From assembly GCA_021785435.1 (NCBI GenBank), contig JAJYFE010000003.1, forward strand, positions 1 through 64,000: a stretch of 64,000 nt of DNA. The letters run 5' to 3'. This document shows, one piece after another, positions 1-10,422 of the stretch. The position numbers and the translations under genes are program-made. This DNA is from Planctomycetota bacterium. Lineage in GTDB: Bacteria; Planctomycetota; Phycisphaerae; WQYP01. The notes beneath the pieces are model-generated. The model was given only the letters and a program-made list of their open reading frames with translations, ran no database searches and was not told the DNA's origin. Every line of letters begins with the position of its first letter. The first letter of the stretch is position 1.

Positions 1-237
1 TCGTCCAACCGGCGCGGGCGCAGCGGCGGTTGGCTCACGCCGGATACAGGCGGCGCAGGATTGTCCTCGGGTAAGACCGCGGCGGTGATGATTCGCTCCC
101 GGCTCATTCTTGCTGCAATACCTCCGCTCTTCGCCCTGCTCCGTCTCGATACCGGTTGGCCGGTCCCCGCATTCCCTGTTGCCTAACGTCTTAAGCCTAA
201 CACCTGGAACCTGTAGCCCGTAACCGCACCTCCGGCC

Positions 238-861
238 TCACGGCACACTCTTTAACCGGTAGGCGGCCTTGACGATATCCGAGGACCGCTTCAGAGTCGG
301 ATCAACGCGGCAGGCCCGATCCACCCAGTTTTCCGCCTCCGCCTGGCGCTCCCCCAGCGCCGTCAGTGCCGCAATCGCCTGGCACTGTTCCTCAGAGCGC
401 TCCAGTCGCGCGGGCCCACCACTGCCAGCCGGGCCTGCGAAAGCATCCACCCGGCCGGTTAGTTCCGTGATAATCCGCTCGGCGGTGCGTTTGCCGATCT
501 CGGGCAGGGTGCTTAAAAACCGGCCATCCGCGCGGACGATGGCCGCGGCGACCTGCTCCACCGGAGCCGTCAGCGCCCGGAGTGCCCGGCGCGGACCGAT
601 CCCCTTGACCGTAATAAATAGCTCGAAAAAATCGCGATCCTGCTCGCGTAAAAATCCCAGCAAACGCGGGGTCAGTTGGCCGAAAGCGGCGTTGCCTTCG
701 ATATATTCAATCGTCAACAGGCTGACGCGCTGGCCCACTCGGCGCTGCAAAGGGACGATATCCACCGCCGGCACCAGCACCTCGTACCCAAGGTCGCCGA
801 CATTCACCAGAATCGTGTCCTGGTTTACCGCTGCCACCGTACCGTTCAGCCGGGCGATCAT
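238..861 (-). CDS. ruvA: Holliday junction branch migration protein RuvA
   Basis: 207-aa ORF starting MIARLNGTV..., typical RuvA N-terminus with HhH region (KGIGPRRA); ATG at 861. Confidence 0.88.
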   Translation of the reverse strand: MIARLNGTVAAVNQDTILVNVGDLGYEVLVPAVDIVPLQRRVGQRVSLLTIEYIEGNAAFGQLTPRLLGFLREQDRDFFELFITVKGIGPRRALRALTAPVEQVAAAIVRADGRFLSTLPEIGKRTAERIITELTGRVDAFAGPAGSGGPARLERSEEQCQAIAALTALGERQAEAENWVDRACRVDPTLKRSSDIVKAAYRLKSVP

Positions 862-951
862 GCAGATTGCCTCTCCAGTTCCGTGCCGCTAAGTATACTC
901 ATTCTCCAGACGATTGTCCGAATCAGTGTGGGATGGTCGGACGCAGCCCTT

Positions 952-1383
952 CTACGCAAAAGCCGATTTCGTCCCGGGTGTGCCGCGGCCGAGGCTGAAA
1001 CGGATAGTGCCCGGAGCGCGGGAGGCGTCCCACGCCATCGCCCGGCGCGCGGGCGAAACCGGCGTGCTGTCGCCGTAACAGGCTGACCCCGTCGAAGCCG
1101 CCACCGCATCCAGCGCCGCCAGCGCCTGCGGACCGGTGCTTCCCCGGAAAGAAACGCGGAACGACGGGGGGCGCCAGGCCGGCCTGGCCATGGTTTACAA
1201 ACTCTGCCAGAGCGTCCGGCGAGGCTTCCTGCGGTTCAATGGCGCGGAGTTACTCCAGGATGTTATGGCTGGTGTTAAATATGAGGATGGGATTAACAAG
1301 TTAGCCGCCTGAGACCGTCCGTCCACAACATTGGACAGTAGCCCTGAAGTTATGGGTGGACCGGCTACGGCAGGTCTGGCCAC
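952..1383 (-). pseudogene. Cysteine desulfurase (NifS/IscS-like) C-terminal remnant, fragmented
   Basis: 79-aa ORF ends ...GSACYGDSTPVSPARRAMAWDASRAPGTIRFSLGRGT, matching the conserved C-terminus of class V aminotransferase cysteine desulfurases; only short broken ORFs, no N-terminal PLP domain. Confidence 0.4.
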
Positions 1384-1698
1384 AAGTGCGGATCACCCTC
1401 CACATCGGCAGCGGCTTTTGGCGCTGGCGGCACGAACTGGCCGCCAGACCTGCGCCAGGCCGCCAACGAGCGCCATTTGGAAAACCAATGAAAAATCCGG
1501 GTTAAGGAGCCGGCCAGATTTCTGCGGCAGTGTTCCCGCCCTCTGCAAAAAATTGTTACGCCCCGTTTTCGGTGGCGCCAGCGCGTCGCTTGTCGGCGTA
1601 CCACACCCGCCGGATAATACTTGGACGGCCCTGCGTTTTCAGCGTCCGCTAACGGACCGCCGTGGGGGAATTCGGGTTGTTCTAAGTGGAGATTCCCT

Positions 1699-2661
1699 AT
1701 GCCTTTAATTGACATGCCCCTGGCGCAACTGGAAACTTATCAAGGCCGAAATCCCCGGCCCGCTGATTTCGACGCTTATTGGGATGCGGCCTTGGCCGAG
1801 ATGCGTCAGGTAACGCCGGAGGTTGAGTTTCGCCCCGCCGCGTTCCAGGCCCCGCACGTGGATTGTTGCGATCTATTTTTCACCGGGGTCGGTGGGGCGC
1901 GCATTCATTGTAAATTCCTGAGGCCCCACAGCGCTGGCACAAAAGCCCCTGCCGTGTGCATGTTCCACGGCTACAGCGGTCATAGCGGCGACTGGGCGGA
2001 TAAACTGGCTTACGCCGGCGCCGGGTTCGTCGTGGCGGCGATGGACTGCCGTGGCCAGGGCGGCCTGTCGGAAGACCTTACGCCCGTGCGCGGAACCACC
2101 CATAGCGGCCACATTGTCCGCGGCCTGGAGGACCCCGATCCGCGGCGTTTGCTCTTCCGCTCCATTTTTCTGGATACGGCACAGCTGGCAGGGTTGATCA
2201 TGGCCCTGCCCGAAGTTGATCCGTCACGGGTCTACGCCACCGGGGGTTCCCAAGGCGGCGGCCTTACGCTGGCTTGCGCCGCTCTGGAGCCGCGCCTGGC
2301 TCGGATTGCCGTCGCCTTTCCTTTCCTGTGCGACTATCAGCGCGTGTGGGAAATGGATCTGGCCAAAGACGCGTACCATGAATTGCGCAACTTTTTCCGC
2401 AACCACGATCCGTGTCATCAGCGGCAGCGGGAAATTTTTACCCGCTTAGGTTATATCGACTGCCAGCATTTGGCGCCGCGGATTCGCGCCAAAACCATGC
2501 TGGCGGTTGGTTTGATGGACACCATCTGTCCCCCTTCAACCCAGTTCGCCGCGTACAACAAACTCGTCTGTCCCAAGTCCCGACGGATCTATCCCGACTT
2601 TACCCATGAGCATCTGCCCGGTTGGAATGATGAAATTTTTCAATTCTTCCGCGGGAACTGA
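1699..2661 (+). CDS. Acetyl xylan esterase / cephalosporin-C deacetylase family (CE7) hydrolase
   Basis: MPLIDMPLAQLETYQG... with GGSQGGG nucleophile elbow; GGAG RBS before ATG at 1699 (ORF track start 1621 is probably too early). Confidence 0.8.
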   Translation: MPLIDMPLAQLETYQGRNPRPADFDAYWDAALAEMRQVTPEVEFRPAAFQAPHVDCCDLFFTGVGGARIHCKFLRPHSAGTKAPAVCMFHGYSGHSGDWADKLAYAGAGFVVAAMDCRGQGGLSEDLTPVRGTTHSGHIVRGLEDPDPRRLLFRSIFLDTAQLAGLIMALPEVDPSRVYATGGSQGGGLTLACAALEPRLARIAVAFPFLCDYQRVWEMDLAKDAYHELRNFFRNHDPCHQRQREIFTRLGYIDCQHLAPRIRAKTMLAVGLMDTICPPSTQFAAYNKLVCPKSRRIYPDFTHEHLPGWNDEIFQFFRGN

Positions 2662-2694
2662 AGAGCCGGTCTGGCTGAGGACCCGCAGATGGAG

Positions 2695-3366
2695 TCAGGC
2701 TTCGCGTGCCGCGGTCCACGCCGCAAGTGCTCCGATGGTGCGCTGGAAAATCTCCTGGATTGAGCCGGCGGCGGAGACGGTAATCAACCGCCCCCTGCGC
2801 CGGTAGTAGTTGATGAGCGGCTCGGTGATGCGGGTGTATTCGCGCATCCGGGCCTGACAGACCTCCGGGCGGTCATCTTCCCGTGGCTGGAGCGTGGCCC
2901 CGCACGCGTCGCATTTTCCCGCGCAGCGTGGCGGTTGACTGATCTCGTGGAAAACCGCATGGCAGTGCGGACAGATCCGGCGACCCGCCAGGCGGGCAAT
3001 GATCTCCGCCAGGGGCAGGTCATAATCCAGAACGACATCCAGGTTTATCCGTTGCTGGGTCAGCACCGCGTCAAAAGCCTGGGCCTGGCGCAGGGTGCGC
3101 GGAAACCCATCCAACAAAAATCCCGCGGGGCAACGCAGGCACACCGCGCGTTCCACCACCAAAGCCAGCACCACTTCGTCGGAAACCAGCTGTCCCTGCC
3201 GCATCGCGGCCAGCGCCTCCCGCATCGCCCCATCGACCTGATCGGGATGCAGGGTTTTAGCCGCGCGGAAAATATCGCCGGTGGAAAGATGGCAGGCGCC
3301 CAGGTGAGCGGAAAGTTTTTCCGCCTGCGTGCCCTTACCCACACCGGGCGGGCCAAGCAGAATCAT
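2695..3366 (-). CDS. adk: Adenylate kinase with zinc-binding lid
   Basis: MILLGPPGVGKGTQA P-loop; lid CPHC...CDAC; start taken at internal Met 3366, not ORF start 3471. Confidence 0.9.
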   Translation of the reverse strand: MILLGPPGVGKGTQAEKLSAHLGACHLSTGDIFRAAKTLHPDQVDGAMREALAAMRQGQLVSDEVVLALVVERAVCLRCPAGFLLDGFPRTLRQAQAFDAVLTQQRINLDVVLDYDLPLAEIIARLAGRRICPHCHAVFHEISQPPRCAGKCDACGATLQPREDDRPEVCQARMREYTRITEPLINYYRRRGRLITVSAAGSIQEIFQRTIGALAAWTAAREA

Positions 3367-3781
3367 CCGCCAAACTCGCGGCGGTGCGGCGGGAGGCTGG
3401 GAGCATCGCCACGCCGGGCCTTGGAGCCACGTGGCACGATCGGAAACCGCGGAAGGGGCGCTTACCGTCATGGCTGGTTCGTCCTCGCCAGAACGTAAAG
3501 GCTTGCCCCTCAGATTGTCCAGACTTGCCCCAACGCACTAAGATAGCGTCGGGTCCTGGCGGATGCAAACGACTAGGGTTATTATGAACTTGGTAACCGT
3601 TCACGGGCTGCCGCGATTGGTGCGGCCCCGCCTGTCGCCGCGGTTCAGTCGCCCCCGGCGACCTGCGGGCGGTGCAACCAACGCCGCGATCCACCGCGGG
3701 CGACTGAACCGGTGAGATACCCCATCGCGGAGTCAGGCGCGAGTCCGGGCACGGTTCCTAAAACTGATCGCGGGAGCCCCC

Positions 3782-4750
3782 ATGAGCTATCGTGAACCGC
3801 ATTGGCGCAGAGAACCTTGGATGCCAATAGCGCCGACGAGGCTGCGGAAACGTATTTCCATACTGCCCACACTGATGACGCTGGGGAACCTGCTCTGTGG
3901 TTTCGCCGCTTTGGGCTACGCCTCCGGCGCCGGCTCGGTGGAGGCGCCCAGCCTCGGCGGGCCGTACGCGGCGGCCGGCTACCTTATCTTCGCAGCGATG
4001 GTTTTGGACATTCTGGACGGCGGCCTGGCCCGGCTGGCCCGCGCCACCAGCGATTTTGGGACGGAGTTGGATTCCTTGGCGGACGTGGTCACCTTCGGCG
4101 TCGTGCCGGCCTTCCTGTGCTTGAAAATCGTCTCTCATGTCCTGGCCGATGGGGGAGCGCCGGCCATCGCGATCAGCCCCGTGGCGGAAAGCATGCTTGG
4201 GCGTTTTTACTGGATTATCGCCGCCATCTACGTAGCCTGCGCGGCGCTGCGCCTGGCCCGGTTTAATACGCTCAATCAACATGGTCTGGAGGCCCACCTG
4301 GCCTTCAAGGGTTTGCCGACACCGGGCGCCGCGGGCGTCGTCGCGGCCAGCGTCATTTTTTTTGAGGCCCTGCGCCCCGGCTCGCCGCACGTTTTTCCGT
4401 TCAATGTTCCGCCGGTGCTGGGGGCGGCGGTCACGAAAATTTTTCCCTACGCCATGCCCGTGATTCTGCTGCTGCTGGCGATTCTCATGGTCAGTCGCAT
4501 CAGTTACGGGCACTTGATCAACCAATATTTACGGGGGCGCAAGCCGTTCTCTTACGTGGTGCGGGCGGTGCTGCTGCTGCTGTTGGTGCTCTGGCAGCCC
4601 CAATTAACCGTTCTGATTGTCATTTATATCTACGCCTTTTACCCGCCGGTTCGCGCGGCCTGGCGGAAACTGCTCCGTCGCCCCGAACCGCCAAGCCTGG
4701 CGGCGGGTATCGTGGGCCGCCGTGCGGAGGACGACTATCCGTCGGTATGA
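3782..4750 (+). CDS. pssA: CDP-diacylglycerol--serine O-phosphatidyltransferase (CDP-alcohol phosphatidyltransferase family)
   Basis: Motif DILDGGLARLARATSDFGTELDSLAD; multiple TM helices. Confidence 0.8.
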   Translation: MSYREPHWRREPWMPIAPTRLRKRISILPTLMTLGNLLCGFAALGYASGAGSVEAPSLGGPYAAAGYLIFAAMVLDILDGGLARLARATSDFGTELDSLADVVTFGVVPAFLCLKIVSHVLADGGAPAIAISPVAESMLGRFYWIIAAIYVACAALRLARFNTLNQHGLEAHLAFKGLPTPGAAGVVAASVIFFEALRPGSPHVFPFNVPPVLGAAVTKIFPYAMPVILLLLAILMVSRISYGHLINQYLRGRKPFSYVVRAVLLLLLVLWQPQLTVLIVIYIYAFYPPVRAAWRKLLRRPEPPSLAAGIVGRRAEDDYPSV

Positions 4751-5493
4751 AAGTCGCACTGATTACGGGTGGTTCCAGCGGCATCGGTGCCGCCACGGCC
4801 AGAGAGCTCCTCGAGCGTCGTTGGGCGGTGGTGCTGGCCGCGCGGGGGCGGCCGAGGCTGGAAGCGACCGCGCACTGTCTGGCCCGGCGCGGTGGTGCGG
4901 TTTTGTCGATCCCCGCGGATGTCAGCCAGCCGGATCAGGCCGAAGCGCTGGTCGCTCAGGCCGCCGCCTGGAAAGGTCGGCTTGACGCGGTGATTAATGC
5001 GGCGGGCGCCGCGCCGCTGGCGCCGTTGGCGCGGCTTTCCGCGGCGCAATGGCGGCGGATTCTCGATACCAATCTATCCGCAGTGTTCCACACCACCCGG
5101 GCCGCTTGGCCGATCTTTGGGCGACAGCACCGCCGCCGGGCCAAAGGTCGGCTGCGGGAGGGCGCCACCGGCTGGACCGGAACCATTGTCAATATTTCCA
5201 GCGAAGCCTCACGCGATCCCTTCGCTGGTTTGGGCGCGTATGGCGCCGCCAAGGCGGCGTTGAATGTGCTCACCCGCGTGATCGCCCGCGAAGGTCTCGC
5301 CATCGGGGTGCGCGCCGTCGCCATCGCCCCGGGAGCGGTGGACACCCCCATGTTCCGCGCCTTGCCGTTCGCCGGCCAAGTGGCGGCGGAGGCGCTGCTT
5401 GCGCCTCAGGATGTCGCCGCCGCCATTGTGGCCGCCCTGGAGGGCAGCCTATGGTGCGCCAGCGGAGAAACTATTTTCATCCACGCCCGCTAA
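4747..5493 (+). CDS. Short-chain dehydrogenase/reductase (SDR) family oxidoreductase
   Basis: MKVALITGGSSGIGAATA Rossmann motif; YGAAK catalytic motif. Confidence 0.85.
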   Translation: MKVALITGGSSGIGAATARELLERRWAVVLAARGRPRLEATAHCLARRGGAVLSIPADVSQPDQAEALVAQAAAWKGRLDAVINAAGAAPLAPLARLSAAQWRRILDTNLSAVFHTTRAAWPIFGRQHRRRAKGRLREGATGWTGTIVNISSEASRDPFAGLGAYGAAKAALNVLTRVIAREGLAIGVRAVAIAPGAVDTPMFRALPFAGQVAAEALLAPQDVAAAIVAALEGSLWCASGETIFIHAR

Positions 5494-5535
5494 CACCCCG
5501 CTAACACCAAGGTGCGGCGGCACCGGAGACGTCCG

Positions 5536-6042
5536 ATGAAACTTTACCTCTGCCGCCATGCCCTGGCGGCCGATGCCAGCGGAAAAGTGTCCGACGCGGA
5601 CCGGCCGCTTACGCCCCAAGGCATTCGTAAATTTCAACGCGCAGCGCGTGGCCTGGCGGCGCTGGAGCCGGGAATTCAAACCATCCTGAGTTCTCCGCTG
5701 GTGCGGGCGCGGCAAACCGCCCGGTTGGCGGCGGAGGCGTTATCATCCGCCAGCGCCGAAACGCCTGTGGTTGCTATCGCGCCGAGCCTGGCCCCGCCTG
5801 GGCGGCTTGATATTTTCTTAGACGGCTTGCGAACGATTAAAGAGCCTGCTGGCGGCGTTATGGCCGTTGGCCACGAGCCGATCCTAAGTCGTTGGATTGG
5901 CCAGCTCTGCTTTGGCCATCCCGGCGCATGTCAGATGAAGAAAGGCGCCGTCGCGGCGATGGATCTGGATCTCAGCGCAGGTCGCGGAACGCTGCTCTAT
6001 TTGCTCCAGCCGGGGCAACTGCGGCGGCTCCGGGCCAGGTGA
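5536..6042 (+). CDS. sixA: Histidine phosphatase family protein (SixA-like phosphohistidine phosphatase)
   Basis: MKLYLCRHA... RH motif of the histidine phosphatase superfamily; ATG at 5536. Confidence 0.7.
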   Translation: MKLYLCRHALAADASGKVSDADRPLTPQGIRKFQRAARGLAALEPGIQTILSSPLVRARQTARLAAEALSSASAETPVVAIAPSLAPPGRLDIFLDGLRTIKEPAGGVMAVGHEPILSRWIGQLCFGHPGACQMKKGAVAAMDLDLSAGRGTLLYLLQPGQLRRLRAR

Positions 6043-6206
6043 GAGCTGGCCCATCCATAACCTTGACCCTTTTCAGCCACTGCGGCCGCCACGATCCCGA
6101 GGCATCGGGATTGGCCTTTCGCGCCCGGCCAATCCCCGACGTTCTGCCGAAAGGTAAAGGATATCTCCTTACGGCCCCTAACGCCATCGTGCTACAAAAC
6201 CGCCTC

Positions 6207-6722
6207 TTAATAGGTGATCACGTGGTGGAGGGCGTAGCCCTGCAGTTTTGCCCGCCCGTGGAGAAAGCCCAGCTCAATCAGCACCGCGATACCGACAATG
6301 TTTCCGCCGAGCGAACGGACCAGCCGGCAGCAAGCGTCCATCGTGCCGCCCGTGGCCAGCAGGTCATCGACCAGCAGGCAGCGCTGGCCTACCGCTACCG
6401 CGTCACGGTGAATTTCCAGGGTGTCCTGGCCGTATTCCAGATCGTAGGTCAGCGCGATTTTAGCTGCGGGCAATTTCTTCGGTTTACGGATCGGCACGAA
6501 GCCGCAGGAAAGCGCCTGGGCCACGGCAGTGCCGAAAATGAAACCGCGCGATTCCGCCCCCACCACCGCCTGAATACCCTTTCCCCGGAACGGATTCGCC
6601 AGCAACTCCACCGCCAGAGCCAAACCCGCTGGATCGCGCAGCAGCGGTGTGATGTCCTTGAAAATAATCCCTGGGCGGGGAAAGTCCGGCACATCGCGAA
6701 TCAGCTGCTTCAACTCCAACAT
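6207..6722 (-). CDS. apt: Adenine phosphoribosyltransferase
   Basis: MLELKQLIRDVPDFPRPGIIFKDITPLL... with PRPP motif LLVDDLLATGGT. Confidence 0.9.
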   Translation of the reverse strand: MLELKQLIRDVPDFPRPGIIFKDITPLLRDPAGLALAVELLANPFRGKGIQAVVGAESRGFIFGTAVAQALSCGFVPIRKPKKLPAAKIALTYDLEYGQDTLEIHRDAVAVGQRCLLVDDLLATGGTMDACCRLVRSLGGNIVGIAVLIELGFLHGRAKLQGYALHHVITY

Positions 6723-6733
6723 ACGCCAAGCCT

Positions 6734-7867
6734 CTATTCCAGCACCAGGTCGTCCCGGTGCACCACTTCGTCATACCAGGTTTCGCTGTCCAGCAACTGT
6801 GAAAATTCCCGCGACTTATGTCCTTTGATTTTTTCAACATCGTCGCGGCTGTAGTTACTCAAGCCGCGGGCGATGACCTGACCGGTGCTATCGACAATGG
6901 CCACCGCGTCACCGGGGGCGAAATCGCCGCGGGTTGTGACGATGCCGCCGGCCAGAAGCGATTTATTATTTCGCAACGCCGCCGCGGCCCCCGTGTCCAC
7001 CGTAATGGCGCCGCGGGTCCGCGCGGTCAAGCTGATCCAGCGGCTGCGGGCGGAAAGCCGGCGCTGCGCCGGTCGCAGCAGGGTGCCCAGTTCTTCGCCG
7101 GCCAGCAGACGCTGCACCACATTGGGCTCCTTGCCATTGGCGATCAACACCGGTTCGCCGGCCGTCCGTACCACGGCTGCGGCGGCGAGTTTTGCACCCA
7201 TGCCCCCGGAGCCGCGCGGGCTGCGCTCGGGGCGCACCAGATGCGCCACGCTGGCATCCAGGGTTTCCACCAGCGGTTGCACCCGGCCGGAGCCATCTTG
7301 CAGGCCGTCGACGACGGAAAGCAGAATCAACAAATCCGCCTGCAGCAGATTCGTCACGTGAGCCGCAATAAGGTCGTTATCGCCAAAGCGGATTTCGTCC
7401 ACGGTCACCGCGTCGTTTTCGTTGATAATGGGCAGGGCGCCGCAGCGGTGCAGCGCGTGCAGGCAGTTCCGCAGATTCAGGTACCGTACGCGATCCTCAA
7501 AATCACGCCGGCTCACGAGAATCTGGCCCGCGTGCAGGCCGTGTGGCTGCAAGGCCGCGGCGAAACTGTTGATCAACCGGCTCTGGCCGATGGCCGCGGC
7601 GGCCTGCAGCATCGGCAGGTCCTTCGGCCGCTTGGTCAGCGCCAGCTCGGTCATGCCCGCGCCGATGGCGCCGCTCGACACCAGCGTTACGCGAATATTC
7701 CGCTGGCGCCACACCTGCGCTACATCCGCCGCCAACTGCGCGATAATGCGATGATCCAGTCGATCGTCCGCACCGCACAAGGCGTTGGTGCCGATTTTGA
7801 CAACGACGGCGGAAATATTCGCCAACAGCGCCGCCCGCGACGGAATTTTGGTGGTGCTTTCCATCAT
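6734..7867 (-). CDS. proB: Glutamate 5-kinase with C-terminal PUA domain
   Basis: AAK-family kinase N-terminus (VVKIGTNAL) plus C-terminal PUA-like region; 377 aa. Confidence 0.9.
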   Translation of the reverse strand: MMESTTKIPSRAALLANISAVVVKIGTNALCGADDRLDHRIIAQLAADVAQVWRQRNIRVTLVSSGAIGAGMTELALTKRPKDLPMLQAAAAIGQSRLINSFAAALQPHGLHAGQILVSRRDFEDRVRYLNLRNCLHALHRCGALPIINENDAVTVDEIRFGDNDLIAAHVTNLLQADLLILLSVVDGLQDGSGRVQPLVETLDASVAHLVRPERSPRGSGGMGAKLAAAAVVRTAGEPVLIANGKEPNVVQRLLAGEELGTLLRPAQRRLSARSRWISLTARTRGAITVDTGAAAALRNNKSLLAGGIVTTRGDFAPGDAVAIVDSTGQVIARGLSNYSRDDVEKIKGHKSREFSQLLDSETWYDEVVHRDDLVLE

Positions 7868-7942
7868 GACGATGGTATTATTGCGTCAAGGTGAGGCGGA
7901 CGCTACCCGTCGCGGACTGATGGGGTTTCCGGGAAATTCACG

Positions 7943-8218
7943 CTAGGAGGCGGAAGGAGCAGCCCCCGGGGCCGGGGCTTCCGGCTCGATGGACACCTTA
8001 CGATTGGGGGCAAAATGAACCCGTCCGCCAGTCAGCGCGAACAAGCTGTCGTCGCGGGCCACGGCCACATTCTTGCCGGCGCGGAACCGTGTGCCGCGTT
8101 GCCGCACCAAAATGGACCCCGCGGTGACGCAGGCACCGGCGTACGCCTTAATGCCGAGATATTGCGGATTGCTGTCCCGACCGTTATGGGTCGAGCCTTG
8201 ACCTTTTTTATGCGCCAT
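7943..8218 (-). CDS. rpmA: 50S ribosomal protein L27
   Basis: [28 protein letters not shown]... classic L27; start at internal Met 8218. Confidence 0.9.
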   Translation of the reverse strand: MAHKKGQGSTHNGRDSNPQYLGIKAYAGACVTAGSILVRQRGTRFRAGKNVAVARDDSLFALTGGRVHFAPNRKVSIEPEAPAPGAAPSAS

Positions 8219-8445
8219 GAGGCTGCTCCTGTCCAACCAGGGTTGGTTCGTTTGGCCCAAACCCGTGCCAAACCTACAGTTTAGTCCATCGCCGGGGTAT
8301 TTCAACTCTTCGCGGAACCCCACCACGCAGAACCTCAGACCGTCGCGGGGCGCCAGCCGGGGCGTTCAGTCAGTCCTTCTGTCTTCCGGTAGAATACCTT
8401 CACCATGCCGGGGGGCATGCAGCCTGACATCCACGGAGCGGTTCA

Positions 8446-9962
8446 TGGTTGCCGGGAAGGGTTTATACATCGACGGGAACTGGCGGGCGGGTGAGGCTGT
8501 GGGCTTCGCCTCGTGCTGCCCTTGGGATGGGGAACCCCTTTGGCGGGGCGCGGCGGCTTCCACCGCCCAGGTTGACGCCGCGGTCCGCGCGGCCCGGCGG
8601 GCCCTGCCGCAATGGGCCGGGCGCAGTGTGGCGGAGCGGCGAAAAGTCCTGGCCGCCTTTGCCGACCAACTCGAGGCCAACCGGGCGAATCTCGCCCGTA
8701 TCATCGCTCTGGAAACCGGCAAGCCACTCTGGGAAGCGGACACCGAAATCAGTTCCATGATCGGCAAACTACCGCTGACGCTGGAAGCCTTTCAGGAGCG
8801 GCGAAGCCATCGACGGATAAAGCTAGCGGAGGCCACCGGGGAGACGTTCTATAAGCCGCACGGCGTGACGGCGGTCTTCGGCCCGTTCAACATGCCCGGC
8901 CATTTGCCCAATGGCCACATCATGCCCGCGTTATTGGCGGGGAATACCATCATCTACAAGCCCAGCGAATTGACGCCCTGGATGGGGCAGTACACCGCAG
9001 AACTTTGGCAAAACACCGGCTTGCCGCCGGGTGTGCTGAATCTGGTTCAGGGTGGCCGTGAAGCCGGGGCGGACCTGGCCAGTCATTCTGAATTGGACGC
9101 TATCTTTTTTACGGGCAGCTTTGCGACGGGGCAGGCACTGTTACAGATGAGTCTGCCGTTTCCGCAGCGGATGCTGGTGTTGGAAATGGGGGGTAATAAT
9201 CCGCTGGTGATTTTTGACTGCGCTGAGATCCAAGCCGCCGCGTATACCACGGTCATATCAGCGTTTCTAACCGCGGGGCAGCGTTGCACGTGCGCCCGGC
9301 GGTTGATTGTCTCCGATGACGCCGCGGGTGAACGCCTGATCGCCGCGGTCGTGGATGGGACCCGGCGTATACGCCTGGGCGGTCCGTTGGACCAGCCGGA
9401 GCCATTTATGGGGCCGGTGATCACCGCGGCGGCGGCGGAAAAAGTGCTGGCGGCTCAACGGGCGTTAATTGCACGAGGGGCACGTCTGCTGCTGGAGGCC
9501 AGGCGCCCTGACGTCCGACGGCCGGCCTTGCTTTCCCCGGGCATATTGGATGCTACCGCCGCCATCGATCGGCCCGATGAAGAGGTTTTCGGCCCATTGC
9601 TGCAGGTGATTCGCGTGGCGGATTTTGCCGCGGCGTTGCGTGAAGCCAACCGGACCCGATTCGGTTTAAGTGCCGCTTTACTAAGCGATCGTGCGGACCT
9701 GTGGGGACATTTCCGCAATGGCATTCGCGCCGGGGTGGTCCATTTCAATCGTCCCACGAACGGCGCCAGCGGGGCCTTGCCCTTTGGCGGGGTTGGTTGC
9801 AGCGGCAATCATCGCCCCAGCGGTTATTGGGCGGCGGATTATTGCTCGTATCCCGTGGCGTGCGTGGAAACGCCGCGCCTCGCCATGCCGAAGCAGCCGC
9901 TGCCAGCGTGCCTGGAAGACGGACCCTCAGGAGCAAGATTAAGTGCAGGAGAACGCATATAA
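8446..9962 (+). CDS. astD: N-succinylglutamate 5-semialdehyde dehydrogenase (aldehyde dehydrogenase family)
   Basis: MVAGKGLYIDGNW...; GPFNMPGHLPNGHIMPALLAGNTIIYKPSELTPW closely matches AstD; followed by astB. Confidence 0.75.
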
Positions 9963-10195
9963 TGGCCCTTAACGGAGGTTTCGCCTTGCGATCTTACCCG
10001 GCGGTTGTGGAAAAAGGCCGGGACACGGGTTTGGATGTAGGTTATGTTCCGGGTTTTGTCGGCGCTCATTCCCAAGGGGCTACGCTCGACGAATTGCAGC
10101 GGAATCTCCAGGAAGTCATCGCGATGCTCTTGGAGGATCCAAGCGTCGAGGCGGAAAGCGACTTCGTCGGCATCCAAGCGGTACAGGTGGCGTGA
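9962..10195 (+). CDS. hicB: HicB-family antitoxin (UPF0150-like)
   Basis: MALNGGFALRSYPAVVEKGRDTGLDVGYVPGFVGAHSQGATLDELQRNLQEV..., typical HicB N-domain; ATG overlaps astD stop. Confidence 0.7.
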   Translation: MALNGGFALRSYPAVVEKGRDTGLDVGYVPGFVGAHSQGATLDELQRNLQEVIAMLLEDPSVEAESDFVGIQAVQVA

Positions 10196-10197
10196 CG

Positions 10198-10422
10198 ATG
10201 CCCAAGCCGCCTGTTTTAAAACCACGCGAGGTGATTACCCTGCTGGAATCACGCAGATTCGTGGCGGTTTGACAGTGTGGATTTCACATCCACTACCGGC
10301 ATCCCGATGGTCGGGCTACTACGGTGCCCTTCCATCCAGAGCGCGATATTTCTCCACTGTTGCTGCGTCCGATCGCCAAGGACATGGGCTTAAGGTGGGA
10401 GGAATTCACGCCTAAGATATGA
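10198..10422 (+). pseudogene. hicA: HicA-family mRNA interferase toxin with in-frame TGA at codon 25 (10270-10272)
   Basis: MPKPPVLKPREVITLLESRRFVAV*QCGFHIHYRHPDGRATTVPFHPERDISPLLLRPIAKDMGLRWEEF, collinear with HicA in a single frame; TGA sits where HicA normally has Arg (CGA). Confidence 0.7.

Noticed and set aside
3758-4525. 255-aa minus-strand ORF
   Set aside because: It is antisense to pssA and has Arg/Gly-rich low complexity.
5892-6854. 320-aa ORF on the + strand
   Set aside because: It lies antisense to the well-supported apt gene, has no motifs, and is a typical GC-rich spurious open frame.
6818-7894. 358-aa + strand ORF
   Set aside because: It is entirely antisense to proB and is low-complexity Ala/Gly/Arg-rich.
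10270-10272. In-frame TGA in hicA (and 47269-47271 in MNT) as selenocysteine or programmed recoding
   Set aside because: No SECIS-like hairpin is evident downstream. Many neighbouring genes terminate normally at TGA. Both affected genes are toxin-antitoxin components, which are prone to nonsense decay, so pseudogenes are the simpler reading.
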